Shown: positions 9,556 through 19,387 of the stretch, in pieces
How the letters are laid out: the number at the start of each line of letters is the position of its first letter
How positions within the stretch are numbered: the first letter of the stretch is position 1
From: a virus
Lineage: Duplodnaviria > Caudoviricetes
Reading direction: 5' to 3' (one strand)
Virus record (IMG/VR): IMGVR_UViG_3300047160_014082
Span: 19,028-83,027 of that record
Length of the DNA stretch: 64,000 nucleotides
Translations under genes and position numbers: made by a program
The notes under the pieces: generated by a model
Told to the model about the DNA's origin: nothing
The model's database searches: none
What the model saw: only the letters and a program-made list of their open reading frames with translations

Positions 9556-9809
9556 GTGATTTCCAAGATCTTCTGGGCCGTAAGGTCACTATCTGCCCGC
9601 ACATTGCAGCCGTATCAGGTTGTAATCCTGTTACTTGGTATAGCTGTCCCTTGATAACTCCAGGGGAAGTGACCTTGCCGGACGGAACCAGGGAAATCGT
9701 TTTTGGGTCTATCGTGTGCCCGGCCTGTTGGGAAGAATGTGACCATTTCAACAAGCCAGCGCGGATCGGCCGAATTGTAACTTTTGGTGTCCAAGGTGAT
9801 CTGAATTAG
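9552..9809 (+). CDS. Small Cys-containing hypothetical protein
   Basis: ATGA overlap; CPACW motif. Confidence 0.5.
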   Translation: MSDFQDLLGRKVTICPHIAAVSGCNPVTWYSCPLITPGEVTLPDGTREIVFGSIVCPACWEECDHFNKPARIGRIVTFGVQGDLN

Positions 9810-9819
9810 GAGACCTCCC

Positions 9820-12800
9820 GTGTCCAAGAAGAAAGTGCTCCTGGTTCAGGTCAATCATCGGTACGGCAAGCAGATTTTCTTGCCGTACTCGGTTGGTCTC
9901 CTACGCGCCTACGCCGAAAGCATCCCAGAAATCCGGGAGGCCTATGAATTCCTGCCTTTCATCTACGAGCGCGAAGACATCGATGAGTTATTCCGCAATA
10001 GCAGTATCAACCACGACCCGGACGTTATTGGACTTAGCTGCTACATCTGGAACTGGGAATGGACGCGCACCTTTGGGAGAATGGCTCGTAAGTTCTGGCC
10101 TGATGTTCTGATTGTTCTGGGGGGACCGCACATCCCGGCCAACGATCCGGACTTTTTCCAGCGCGAGCCCTGGGCCGATACCATCGTGCATTACGAAGGC
10201 GAAGAGACGTTCGCCAAGATCTTGATGGCTCATGACGCGAATCCTTTTTCCCGGGGGAGGATTCCGGGCACCAGTGACAACGCCGGACCGGGCTGGGGAC
10301 TTATCAAAAATCCCCCAGCGGAGCGCATCACCGACCTGGACAAGTTGCCATCACCCTATCTGACGGGGATGTTTGATGATTTGCTCAGGGAGCCGTACCA
10401 GTGGCAGGCCCTGAGTGAAACCCATAGGGGATGTCCATTTTCTTGCGCCTTTTGCGATTGGGGAAGTGCAGTATTCCAGAAGGTGAGAAAGTTTTCTGAT
10501 GAGAGGATCACGGCCGAGTTGGATTGGTGCGGGCATAATAGGATCGAATTGTTGTACAACTGTGATGCCAACTTCGCCATGTTTGAACGTGATGTGGCCT
10601 ACGTCCGGCGCATGGCCGAATGCAAACGCACCTATGGGTTCCCAAGCAAGTTCCGTGCTGCCTACGCCAAGAACTCCGGTGAGCGCGTCTTCGAGGTGAG
10701 CCGGATCCTGAACGACGCCGGCCTGAGCAAGGGAACGACCCTGAGCTTTCAGAGCATGAACGAAGAGACCCTAGGCCTCATCAAGCGCAGTAACATCAAG
10801 ATGAACAACTTCAAAGATCTAGTGGCGAAATATCGTATCCATAATATTCCCACGTATACAGAGCTGATCATCGGTCTGCCGGGGGAGACCTACGATAGCT
10901 TTGCTAATGGCATTGAACAGCTCCTGGATGCGGGCTGTCATGACGGCCTGTCGGTGTATACGTGCCTAGCCGAAGGGTCTTCGATCTATACGATAAACGG
11001 AAGCAAGGCGATTGAAGACATAGATCCTGGTGAACAGATCCTTGGCTGGGATGAGTTTCTAGGAAAAAGGGTTATCTGCACAGCTTCTAGGTCGGTGTAC
11101 AACGGGCGCAGGAGAACATGGAAGCTGACGCACGACCAGGGAAGTGTTATAGCTACCCACGACCATAGGATCTTCACCACTAATGGGTGGAGAAAGCTCT
11201 GTGAACTCAAAGAGGGTGATCAAGTTCTGTGCAAACTGCGGGGGGACGGCTTGGAGAAGCCGGGCCAAGAGGTATTGCTCCAGGAAGTGTTGGCTAGAAT
11301 CGGGGGAGTTCAAGGCCACGAGCCGACAGGTCCAGCTGGAAGGGAAGCATGGGAGGAACAAGGCCAAGAGAATAGCGGCGGTCTTGGCTATCCTCCGGAA
11401 GAAAAAATGTCTGTCTTGTGGGGGGCCGCTCGACAAGATGAAGACGGCTCGCAAGCTGAACATCAAGAAGGCGCTGAAGGCCAAATGCTGTTCCCAACAA
11501 TGCCAAGGGAGAAATCCCGAGAGGATCAAAAAAGTCAAGCGGGCGCACAAGAATGGTCGATACGATTACTCCCCCCTTCTAAATCATGTGAACTCGAATC
11601 AAAATTGGGTCAAGAACCGAACGCCGGAACAGGAGAGACAAAGAGCAAAGAAACATCGCAAGTCGATGGAGAAATACTATACCGATCCGAAGTGGGTAGT
11701 AGCCCACATGAAAAAATCGGGTCGTGCCCCGAACAAATTCGAGAGGAAAATAATTCGATTTCTCAAGAAGAGGGGGCTGCCGTTCGACTTTACGGGGGAC
11801 TTCAGCTTTTGGGTTCGCCCGAAAGGTGTGACCTCAAGCAAGAACCCGGATTTTGTTCACGAGAACAGGAAGCTTCGGTTGGCAATACTGGCCCACGGAA
11901 CCTACTGGCACCGGGACAGCAGGAAGGTCCAGGAGGAGTTGGATTTTTACCGCGGGGCCGGTTGGAAAGTGTTCATCATCTGGGAGGACGATCGTTTTTG
12001 CGACCGGCTGGAAGATCGGATTCGGATGTTTGCTGGTCTACTGTAAGGGCTATCGAGTTTGTTGGGACAATTCGGGTCTACGATCTTTTGGGCGTAACCC
12101 CTACCCAAAACTTTTTTGCTGACGGGGTACTCGTTCACAATTGCGAGCTACTTCCTAACTCTGAAATGTCCCAGCCCGAGTATCGGGAAAAGCATGGCAT
12201 CAAGAGCGTCAACACCCCCCAGTTGTTCTATCATGCGAGCCCGGCGCCGGATCCGCACACGGAGAAGTACGAACTTGTCATCGGCACCAATACGCTCGAC
12301 CCGGGGGATTGGCTCGACTGCCAGATGTTCGCCTGGGCCGTGCAAGCCTTCCATTGCATGTACCTGACCCGGGCTGTAGCCATGATGCTACGGCACAACA
12401 AAAATATGGGCTATCGCCAGTTTTACGAAGCCTTGCTGGACTGGGCCAACCTGAACACGGATACAATCCTGGGCAAGGCGTACAAAACGGCCCTGAACTT
12501 TTACGAGCGCATGCGCGAAGGCAAAACCCCAACGTTGGTAGACAAGCGCTTCGGGGATGTCTCCTGGCCCCCGGAGGAATTCGCCTTTTTGCAGTGTGTC
12601 AACTCCATGTTCTTCTGGCCCGAGCTGGTAACTTTCATTGAAACTCTGGGCTGGCGCCCGGATGAGCGCCTGATAGACGAGCTGGTCTATTTCCAGGAAG
12701 CGACCACCAAGAGCCCGCGGCCGGCGGCGCGTGCGCTGGAGTTCATTTTTGACATCCCGAACTATCTGAGCGATCCGACGGCCAATGTCGGCCCTAATCC

Positions 12801-12957
12801 TTGGGTCAAAGTGGCGCCTCTGGCCAAGCATTTTGGCTACGCCGTCGAATGTAACGAACCACGTAACCTGGAACAGTTTGCCCGCGAGGTCGTCTGGTAT
12901 GGACGCAAGGGTGGCACCTTTGCTCGTAAGGTCACCAAGTTGGAGAATGTCCAATGA
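9820..12957 (+). CDS. B12-binding radical SAM protein interrupted by an intein
   Basis: N-terminal B12-binding domain (PDVIGLSCYIWN, IVLGGPH); RGCPFSCAFC (CxxxCxxC); YTELIIGLPGETY; intein at residues 382-774. Confidence 0.9.
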   Translation: MSKKKVLLVQVNHRYGKQIFLPYSVGLLRAYAESIPEIREAYEFLPFIYEREDIDELFRNSSINHDPDVIGLSCYIWNWEWTRTFGRMARKFWPDVLIVLGGPHIPANDPDFFQREPWADTIVHYEGEETFAKILMAHDANPFSRGRIPGTSDNAGPGWGLIKNPPAERITDLDKLPSPYLTGMFDDLLREPYQWQALSETHRGCPFSCAFCDWGSAVFQKVRKFSDERITAELDWCGHNRIELLYNCDANFAMFERDVAYVRRMAECKRTYGFPSKFRAAYAKNSGERVFEVSRILNDAGLSKGTTLSFQSMNEETLGLIKRSNIKMNNFKDLVAKYRIHNIPTYTELIIGLPGETYDSFANGIEQLLDAGCHDGLSVYTCLAEGSSIYTINGSKAIEDIDPGEQILGWDEFLGKRVICTASRSVYNGRRRTWKLTHDQGSVIATHDHRIFTTNGWRKLCELKEGDQVLCKLRGDGLEKPGQEVLLQEVLARIGGVQGHEPTGPAGREAWEEQGQENSGGLGYPPEEKMSVLWGAARQDEDGSQAEHQEGAEGQMLFPTMPREKSREDQKSQAGAQEWSIRLLPPSKSCELESKLGQEPNAGTGETKSKETSQVDGEILYRSEVGSSPHEKIGSCPEQIREENNSISQEEGAAVRLYGGLQLLGSPERCDLKQEPGFCSREQEASVGNTGPRNLLAPGQQEGPGGVGFLPRGRLESVHHLGGRSFLRPAGRSDSDVCWSTVRAIEFVGTIRVYDLLGVTPTQNFFADGVLVHNCELLPNSEMSQPEYREKHGIKSVNTPQLFYHASPAPDPHTEKYELVIGTNTLDPGDWLDCQMFAWAVQAFHCMYLTRAVAMMLRHNKNMGYRQFYEALLDWANLNTDTILGKAYKTALNFYERMREGKTPTLVDKRFGDVSWPPEEFAFLQCVNSMFFWPELVTFIETLGWRPDERLIDELVYFQEATTKSPRPAARALEFIFDIPNYLSDPTANVGPNPWVKVAPLAKHFGYAVECNEPRNLEQFAREVVWYGRKGGTFARKVTKLENVQ
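10963..12141 (+). mobile_element. Intein (393 aa) in the radical SAM gene
   Basis: Begins CLAEGSSI; block B ATHDHRIFT; block F VYDL; ends FFADGVLVHN followed by extein Cys. Confidence 0.92.
11201..12046 (+). CDS. Zn-finger plus Vsr/DUF559-like endonuclease nested in the +1 frame of the intein
   Basis: CxxC/YCSxxC repeats; PNKFE, NPDF, HGTYWH, GWKVFIIWE. GTG 11201 has GGAG 8 nt upstream (the ORF track start is ATG 11183). Confidence 0.8.
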   Translation: MNSKRVIKFCANCGGTAWRSRAKRYCSRKCWLESGEFKATSRQVQLEGKHGRNKAKRIAAVLAILRKKKCLSCGGPLDKMKTARKLNIKKALKAKCCSQQCQGRNPERIKKVKRAHKNGRYDYSPLLNHVNSNQNWVKNRTPEQERQRAKKHRKSMEKYYTDPKWVVAHMKKSGRAPNKFERKIIRFLKKRGLPFDFTGDFSFWVRPKGVTSSKNPDFVHENRKLRLAILAHGTYWHRDSRKVQEELDFYRGAGWKVFIIWEDDRFCDRLEDRIRMFAGLL

Positions 12958-13241
12958 ATGTTGGTGAGCTGCGCAAGGCCCTGGAAGCTTACCCGGATGA
13001 TGCTTTGGTGCTCCGGGAAAACGTAGATCAGGATGATGGGGTGATGTTGGATGAGGACATAAAGATTGGCTATGAAGATGTGGCCAAGCTGGCATATGCG
13101 AACGAGCGCTCTGATGTGGACCAGCGCTTTAATTCTATTGGCTGGCATGTTCGTACTAAGGAAGCCAAGGATTACCTAGAAAATAGATACGTTCTGTACT
13201 GTCGAGTGTGTGATGATATAAAAGCCGTTATCATTTACTAG
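12954..13241 (+). CDS. Hypothetical protein
   Basis: MNVGELRKALEAYPDD N-terminus typical of small phage proteins; ATGA overlap. Confidence 0.6.
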   Translation: MNVGELRKALEAYPDDALVLRENVDQDDGVMLDEDIKIGYEDVAKLAYANERSDVDQRFNSIGWHVRTKEAKDYLENRYVLYCRVCDDIKAVIIY

Positions 13242-13251
13242 GGGAACTAGC

Positions 13252-14655
13252 ATGAACGTTGGCGTTATTGGTTTGGGCAAGCTTGGATTGCCAGTTGCTG
13301 TTTGTCTGGCGTTGCGTCACAACGTTTGCGGCTACGACCTGAACCCGCCGACGCTCAAGCCCTACCCGCATCGGGAGACCGGCCCGGGTGGTCGTAGTCC
13401 GTTTCAGCCCTGGCTGGATCAAAGCAAGCTGTCGGTTCAGTTCGATCTGGAGGTGGTCTGCCAAAACAGTGACATCCTATTCGTTGCTGTACAGACTCCC
13501 CATCAGCCCCGCTTTGAGGGTACGACCCATCTGCCCGCGGACCGAGCGGACTTCAATTATTCTTTCCTCAAGACGGCGCTGCAGTCCCTAGTCCCCTACC
13601 TCAAATCCAGCCATACGGTCGTGGTGATATCGACCGTGCTGCCGGGGACATGCCGGCGCGAGTTGTACTCCATCATCAAGCCATCCAAGGCTGGCCTGGT
13701 GTACAACCCGCTGTTCATCGCCATGGGTACGGTCATGAAGGATTTCCTGAACCCGGAGTTTGTGCTCCTGGGCGGGGATAATACAAAACGGGAGGATCCG
13801 GTGCCGGAAGACGTGGCGCGCTTGATGACGTTCTACGAAGACTTCCACATGCACGTCGGCCCGGATGGTAAGAATTACCAGCAGTGGCATCGCTATCGTA
13901 CGCCCGAAATTCGTGTCATGTCTTATGAGTCAGCTGAGCTGACCAAATGCGCTTATAACACCTGGATTTCAGCGAAGATCCATGTGACCAATACCCTGAT
14001 GGAAGTGGCCCATCAGACCCCCGGCTGTCATATCGATGATGTTACCGAAGCGCTAAAGTACGCTATGGATCGGATCGTTTCACCCAAGTACATGGATGCA
14101 GGTATGGGAGACGGCGGGGGGTGTCATCCACGGGATAACATCGCCATGTCCTGGTTGGCGCGCAAGCTGTACTTGTCGTATGACCTGTTTGGAGTCCTGA
14201 TGATGGCACGGGAGAAGCAGGCGACCTGGCTGGCGAATCTGGCCCGGAACTACTGCATCGGGCGCAGTCTGCCTCTGGTTTTGCTGGGCAAGAGCTTCAA
14301 GCCGGAAACAAACATCACCACGGGCTCGCCGGCTATGCTCGTTGCTAACATTCTGAAAGCCGCGTCGGAGTCGTTTCCTTTTACCCATCACGATCCCTAC
14401 GTTGATGGGGTAAAGTGGGAACCGGAAGCGGGAGCCGATCCGAAACCCGCCGTATTCCTGATCTGCACCAAACACGAATGTTACGCCAAGATGTTTTTCC
14501 CCCGCGGCTCGGTCGTCCTGGACCCGTTCCGCTATGTCTGGAAGGGACAAGAGGGAGTTGAAATCGTCCCTATCGGCGTTGGCCCAACGCCGCAGAACTG
14601 TATCCCTCCGGATGATAATGCTAATTATGCTTCTCTTGGAGTAAATCAATCATGA
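13252..14655 (+). CDS. ugd: UDP-glucose/GDP-mannose dehydrogenase family protein
   Basis: VIGLGKLGLP Rossmann motif, FVAVQTP, ISTVLPGT, YNPLFIAMG, GDGGGCHPRD, GKSFKPET. Confidence 0.9.
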   Translation: MNVGVIGLGKLGLPVAVCLALRHNVCGYDLNPPTLKPYPHRETGPGGRSPFQPWLDQSKLSVQFDLEVVCQNSDILFVAVQTPHQPRFEGTTHLPADRADFNYSFLKTALQSLVPYLKSSHTVVVISTVLPGTCRRELYSIIKPSKAGLVYNPLFIAMGTVMKDFLNPEFVLLGGDNTKREDPVPEDVARLMTFYEDFHMHVGPDGKNYQQWHRYRTPEIRVMSYESAELTKCAYNTWISAKIHVTNTLMEVAHQTPGCHIDDVTEALKYAMDRIVSPKYMDAGMGDGGGCHPRDNIAMSWLARKLYLSYDLFGVLMMAREKQATWLANLARNYCIGRSLPLVLLGKSFKPETNITTGSPAMLVANILKAASESFPFTHHDPYVDGVKWEPEAGADPKPAVFLICTKHECYAKMFFPRGSVVLDPFRYVWKGQEGVEIVPIGVGPTPQNCIPPDDNANYASLGVNQS

Positions 14656-15626
14656 AGCTTTCTATTATTCATCTGACCTATCGTCCGGGCGGCCTGGGGA
14701 TCTTCCTGCATTCCTTAAATCACCAAAAGTCCCCCCCGGACTATGAATTGATCATCGTGGACGACTACCCCGGCCGTCCCGAGCGCGGGCAAGTCAAAGA
14801 CTACTGTACTCATCTGGACATTCCCCTGGTGTGGCACGGTCCAAGTAAGGAGAAGAGCTACCCGAAAACCTACCAGGGTCTGCTGAACGCCATGAACACC
14901 GGCGCCATGCAAGCCTCCGGTAACTATGTGCTGTTCACGCACGATTTCACGGCGTTCACCACGGAGTTGATGCTTCAAAGATGGATCAAGGCGATGTGCT
15001 TTCGGTCCAAGGTTCTGATCCACGGCCGGGCGGAAGTTTTCCGGACGCAACCCCCGAACATCGTCGATGATATTTATACCTGGGAAATAGACAGAAATAG
15101 TCTGACTTCTGGTATCAAGATCAATTCCTGGTGGGCGCAGGAAGCCAAGTTCCGGGATATCTGGCAGCCGAAAGAATGGGAAATGTTCTACTTTGCCTGC
15201 CCTACGGATTACCTGGACAAGATCAACGGCTTTGACGAGCGTGGGGATCATTCCGGCCTGGACATTCTGGACAGCACCATGGGCCAGGCCAAGGCAAATG
15301 GCTATCTGTTGGTGGTCGATCCCGAACTGGTTTGCATCATGATTGACCATCGCATCTGGGGCGATGCAGTAGCGGCCAACAAGATGCCCCTATGGAAAAT
15401 CGCTGCCGAAACCGGGGCCGGACTAGCCCCGATACTACCAGAGTGGCCCGCATGCAGCCCCAACCCATTTTCCTTCGCCTACAACCGTGAGAAGAACGTA
15501 AAAAGGAGGATTTATGGCCAAGAAAGAGAAACCAACCAGCGACCAGTTGTGGGACCGCTTCCGCCCGCGGAAGTTCAAGGCGGACCAGGGGGAACGGGCA
15601 GAACAGCTCCTGAAGGCGACGTTTGA
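14652..15626 (+). CDS. GT-A glycosyltransferase (GT2-like)
   Basis: MKLSIIHLTY, YELIIVDD, NTGAMQASGNYVLFTHD, KINGFDER. Confidence 0.8.
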   Translation: MKLSIIHLTYRPGGLGIFLHSLNHQKSPPDYELIIVDDYPGRPERGQVKDYCTHLDIPLVWHGPSKEKSYPKTYQGLLNAMNTGAMQASGNYVLFTHDFTAFTTELMLQRWIKAMCFRSKVLIHGRAEVFRTQPPNIVDDIYTWEIDRNSLTSGIKINSWWAQEAKFRDIWQPKEWEMFYFACPTDYLDKINGFDERGDHSGLDILDSTMGQAKANGYLLVVDPELVCIMIDHRIWGDAVAANKMPLWKIAAETGAGLAPILPEWPACSPNPFSFAYNREKNVKRRIYGQERETNQRPVVGPLPPAEVQGGPGGTGRTAPEGDV

Positions 15627-15747
15627 GTGTGCCAAGCAATTAGTACAACACACCCCGGCCAGCAAGGAACAGGATGAGGCTCTGGTGCATCTTGAACTGG
15701 CCTACTACTACTCCGTCCAGGCCATGAAGCTCAACGAAGGCGACTAA
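15514..15747 (+). CDS. Acb2/Tad1-like helical hairpin protein (divergent)
   Basis: DRF...DQGERAEQL...CAKQLVQHTPASKEQDEALVHLELAYYYSVQAM pattern resembles the RFTYH..DQ.ERY...L....P.SRE.SLA.TKLEEA family; GGAGG upstream. Confidence 0.45.
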   Translation: MAKKEKPTSDQLWDRFRPRKFKADQGERAEQLLKATFECAKQLVQHTPASKEQDEALVHLELAYYYSVQAMKLNEGD

Positions 15748-15765
15748 CACGAGGTCTTTCAACTG

Positions 15766-17289
15766 ATGATTACTTTGAACAAAGCCCCCGGACAGCGCGT
15801 TCTGGAACTGGGCGGCGGCCAGAATCGTAATGCAGCCACGGACGTCAATGTCGATGTACGTCCCGGGTCGGGTGTAGATATTGTCCATGATCTGAGCAAG
15901 CCCCCAATTCCAGGGCTCAAGGATCAGGATTTCGATGCTGTTATCATGCACTACTCCCTGGAACATGTCACCTATCCAAGGGTGCGCGAGCTGCTCAAGG
16001 AAGTCTGGCGCGTTCTGAAGCCAGGCGGACGATTTGTAATCGTCACGTCTGATACCTACCAGCAATTCCGCTGGCTGGTGGATCATCCGCACGGCTGGGA
16101 CGGGAAGCCGTTCTGGGAAAGGGCTAGTGAGCTGCTGTTTGGCAGTCAAGACTACCCCGAAAACTCCCACAAGTGCTATTTCGATCAGCGCACCCTGCGC
16201 CAGCTGCTGGAAGAAGCCCTTTTTGTGGTGGAGAAGATCGAAAACCACAACCCGCGCAATACGGACCTGGAAGTAGTGGCCAAACGGCCGCATACGCCGG
16301 AGACTTATGTAGAGACAACTTTCAGTTTCAGGGTTCCGAAGCCTCAGATAGGAGTACAGGATCCGCTTGGTTCGGGTGGGATTGGATACTCGCATTCCCA
16401 GATCATCGAACGACCTAAGATTAACCCATTCCAGGAAACAAGTGTGGAAGAAATTGGTGTTATCGAGAAGACTCCTGTTTTCGAGAAGACACCGAACCCT
16501 CTTCCGGGCTTGCCCAGGTCAGTAGATGCACCAGCAGACAGACCGATGGTTCAGGTGGGCCAGTATTGGCTGGAACTGCACCAGAATGATCCCTGGATCA
16601 ACCCGCCGCTGCTGGCCGGAACATACGAAAGCAACGAAACCAAGCTGATCCGAGAGTACGCTCAGAAATACCCCGATCATGCCATACTCGACATCGGAGC
16701 GCATGTAGGGTATTACACCCTGGTCCTGGCGGATGCTACCAAAGGCGCGCGGGGCATGATTGTGGCGTTTGAGGCCAGCCCGGACAACTTCAAGCTGCTG
16801 GAAAAGAACATCCGGCGCAATGATTTGGGTGGCCAGGTGATGGTGTTTAATCTAGCCGTAGCAGACAAGCCCGGCACGATCGGTCTGAGTCGCAATCCCT
16901 ACTGCACGGGGGATACCCGGCCCTGGGAAGCTGGCTTCGGTCCGATGACTCAAGTAGAAGCAATCAGCTTGGATGACATGATAGGTCGGGAATCAAAGAT
17001 TTCAGTCATCAAGCTGGACGTTCAGGGTGGCGAGGTCAAGGCCCTACGCGGCATGAAGGAACTGATCGCTGCCCAAAAGAATCTGGCTGTATTTGTCGAG
17101 TTCTGGCCTTGGGGACTGCAACAGGCCGGCAATACCATTGATGAGTTCATCGAGTGCTTCTGGAAATTCTCCAAGGTGTACGAAATCTGGGAGGATCCCC
17201 CCGGGCTCAAGGAAATAAGGCTCTCCGATCTGCCTACCCTTGTCGCCCCAAACACCGATCATTTTACCAACCTGCTTTTCATCAAGTGA
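15766..17289 (+). CDS. Two-domain methyltransferase (class I MTase plus FkbM)
   Basis: VLELGGG...LEHV...VLKPGG; second domain ILDIGAHVGYY, AFEASPDN, IKLDVQGGE. Confidence 0.85.
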   Translation: MITLNKAPGQRVLELGGGQNRNAATDVNVDVRPGSGVDIVHDLSKPPIPGLKDQDFDAVIMHYSLEHVTYPRVRELLKEVWRVLKPGGRFVIVTSDTYQQFRWLVDHPHGWDGKPFWERASELLFGSQDYPENSHKCYFDQRTLRQLLEEALFVVEKIENHNPRNTDLEVVAKRPHTPETYVETTFSFRVPKPQIGVQDPLGSGGIGYSHSQIIERPKINPFQETSVEEIGVIEKTPVFEKTPNPLPGLPRSVDAPADRPMVQVGQYWLELHQNDPWINPPLLAGTYESNETKLIREYAQKYPDHAILDIGAHVGYYTLVLADATKGARGMIVAFEASPDNFKLLEKNIRRNDLGGQVMVFNLAVADKPGTIGLSRNPYCTGDTRPWEAGFGPMTQVEAISLDDMIGRESKISVIKLDVQGGEVKALRGMKELIAAQKNLAVFVEFWPWGLQQAGNTIDEFIECFWKFSKVYEIWEDPPGLKEIRLSDLPTLVAPNTDHFTNLLFIK

Positions 17290-17295
17290 GACCCG

Positions 17296-18732
17296 ATGAG
17301 CATTACCTGGAAAACTCCGCCGAAGCCGACGATCAAAGTTGTCGAGAAGCCGGACCCTCCAACGCTAGCCGGCTATCCCATCAAGTTCGTGAATAAGCCT
17401 GGCACGTTGGGCGTTTCTGGCCCCATGATCCTGGGCACACTTGATGATATGCGCCCGCCCCAGATCGAGCGGGAACAACTGTTCGACAAGGCATACTTCA
17501 ACGGCGGCGGGAAGGTCGGCGGCTACGCCCGCGAAGGTTACTGGGATTACCCGGTGCATGAAGTCACGGCCCGGCATATCCTGGCTCGTCACCCTGAGTC
17601 GGTACTGGAGCTGGGCTGCGCCCGCGGTTACATCCTGAAGCGCTTACAGGACAAGGGAGTTCCGGCGCTGGGTATGGAAATCAGCAAGCATTGCTATATG
17701 ACGCGCGTTGCTAGTGGAATTTTACAGGGGGATATGTGCCAAACCCCCTGGACGCTTCCATCAGTAGCAGAACAGGAACGGACTTGCCTGGGGGCAAGCG
17801 TTTATACGCTGCCCATTGATCTGTGCTACTCCGTGGCTACTTTGGAGCATATCCCCGAGAATTTCTTGCCGTCCATTATCGGCGAAATGGTCCGTTGCAC
17901 CAAGCGCGGCCTTCATGGTGTGGACTTTGGTGCTAACGATGATGGTTTTGACAAGACCCATTGCACCTTAAGGCCCTATGAATGGTGGCGGGATCTGTTC
18001 AACAAGCTGGCTCCGGGCTACCCCGTGGAAATTGTGGACAAGCAGGAGCTGGAACAGGGCTTTGTGCCCCCGGAGGTGCTTCGTGGCGACGGCAAGCTCA
18101 AGCTCAACATCGGTTCCTTCACGACTATGTTCCACCACGGCTGGATCAACCTGGATATATTCGGAGAGCTTCATCAATTTGCCCAACAGCACGGCTACCG
18201 TTACCAGCAGTGTGATGTCCGGGGAGGTATGCCTTATCCTACCGAAAGTGTAGACCTCATCATGTCCTGCCACATGCTGGAACACCTCACCTACGAAGAA
18301 GGCATCCGCTTCCTGCGCGAATGCCGGCGCGTCCTCAAGCCCACGGGGGCCATGCGCATTCTGGTGCCAGATGCCAGAATGTTGTGCAACATGTATGCTG
18401 GTGAGCAATATGATGGGAGTGAGCTTGCAGAGTTTGATGAAATAAATGATGGCTGTGCCCAGGCGCCCACGCTTCTGGGCAAGCTCTGGGCTCTGCTGCA
18501 CGCGGGCCACTCGGCCGCGTACGATGATGTAACGCTGACGAAGGTTTTGGAGCTGTCCGGCTTCAAGGCTTACCTGTCTGATTTTCGGGGTTCACCAATC
18601 CTTTACGATGATGTCGGAACGGTTTGCAACACAAGCTTTGCGGCTCAGGAAAAGCAGATCCTGGCCGAAACTCTGGACATGCTCCCGTGCCTGACGCTGT
18701 ACATGATGGCCGTTCCCGACACGGGTGCGTAG
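17296..18732 (+). CDS. Two-domain class I methyltransferase
   Basis: VLELGCARG...LEHIP; second domain KLNIGS...WINLD...HMLEH...RVLKPTG. Confidence 0.85.
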   Translation: MSITWKTPPKPTIKVVEKPDPPTLAGYPIKFVNKPGTLGVSGPMILGTLDDMRPPQIEREQLFDKAYFNGGGKVGGYAREGYWDYPVHEVTARHILARHPESVLELGCARGYILKRLQDKGVPALGMEISKHCYMTRVASGILQGDMCQTPWTLPSVAEQERTCLGASVYTLPIDLCYSVATLEHIPENFLPSIIGEMVRCTKRGLHGVDFGANDDGFDKTHCTLRPYEWWRDLFNKLAPGYPVEIVDKQELEQGFVPPEVLRGDGKLKLNIGSFTTMFHHGWINLDIFGELHQFAQQHGYRYQQCDVRGGMPYPTESVDLIMSCHMLEHLTYEEGIRFLRECRRVLKPTGAMRILVPDARMLCNMYAGEQYDGSELAEFDEINDGCAQAPTLLGKLWALLHAGHSAAYDDVTLTKVLELSGFKAYLSDFRGSPILYDDVGTVCNTSFAAQEKQILAETLDMLPCLTLYMMAVPDTGA

Positions 18733-18895
18733 CGCTATTGCCCAAAAATAGCTAGTTAGGATAGGGTAGTCCTTTGTGACTGTATGGGAGAGCCGTCCTG
18801 GGGTGGTCGCGCATCCCAGGACGGATCTTTTTGGTCCGGTTCGCACCAGAGCCGGACCGGCAAACCAATGCCACCTAGCACAAAGGATCGGACCC

Positions 18896-19387
18896 ATGCC
18901 TGAACGTTTCCCAACCTCTAAGCCGGAAGTCATCTGCGGGACCAACCTGTTTTCCGGCACCCCCAACACGGGTCAGCAGCCGACAACCTACGGCGGCTCC
19001 AACAATTTCCAGAAGTTTTCGGGCACCGTCGGCCCAGACCTAAGCATCTGGGTAGGTGCCGGCCGTCTGGACAACTTTGCTTCTCTGGGAACCATCGGCA
19101 CCACGGACATCAAGCAAGCCAGCGGCCAGCCGATCATCTTTTACGATTCGGCCATCGCGGCTTCGGGTGGTCCCATCGCTGCTTCTGGTCACAAGATCAT
19201 CGCCATTCTGGACACCCGCGGCTTTCCTTTGCCTGGGGGTAACCCGAACATCTTTAACTCGGGCGCTCTGTCCTACGGCTACCCGCCGACCCCCGTGGGC
19301 GCCGTTTTCACTTCTGGGCTGTGCGTCAGCATGACCAGCGGTCAGGTCGGCTTTAACGTCAGCTTCACCCCGGTCGTCAGCGGTTGA
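18896..19387 (+). CDS. Probable virion structural protein (SG-rich)
   Basis: AAAGGA upstream of ATG 18896; 9 SG dipeptides in 163 aa. Confidence 0.45.
   Translation: MPERFPTSKPEVICGTNLFSGTPNTGQQPTTYGGSNNFQKFSGTVGPDLSIWVGAGRLDNFASLGTIGTTDIKQASGQPIIFYDSAIAASGGPIAASGHKIIAILDTRGFPLPGGNPNIFNSGALSYGYPPTPVGAVFTSGLCVSMTSGQVGFNVSFTPVVSG

Noticed and set aside
11230-12040. Canonical in-frame LAGLIDADG domain in the intein
   Set aside because: No such motifs in the intein frame; the coding signal lies in the +1 frame.
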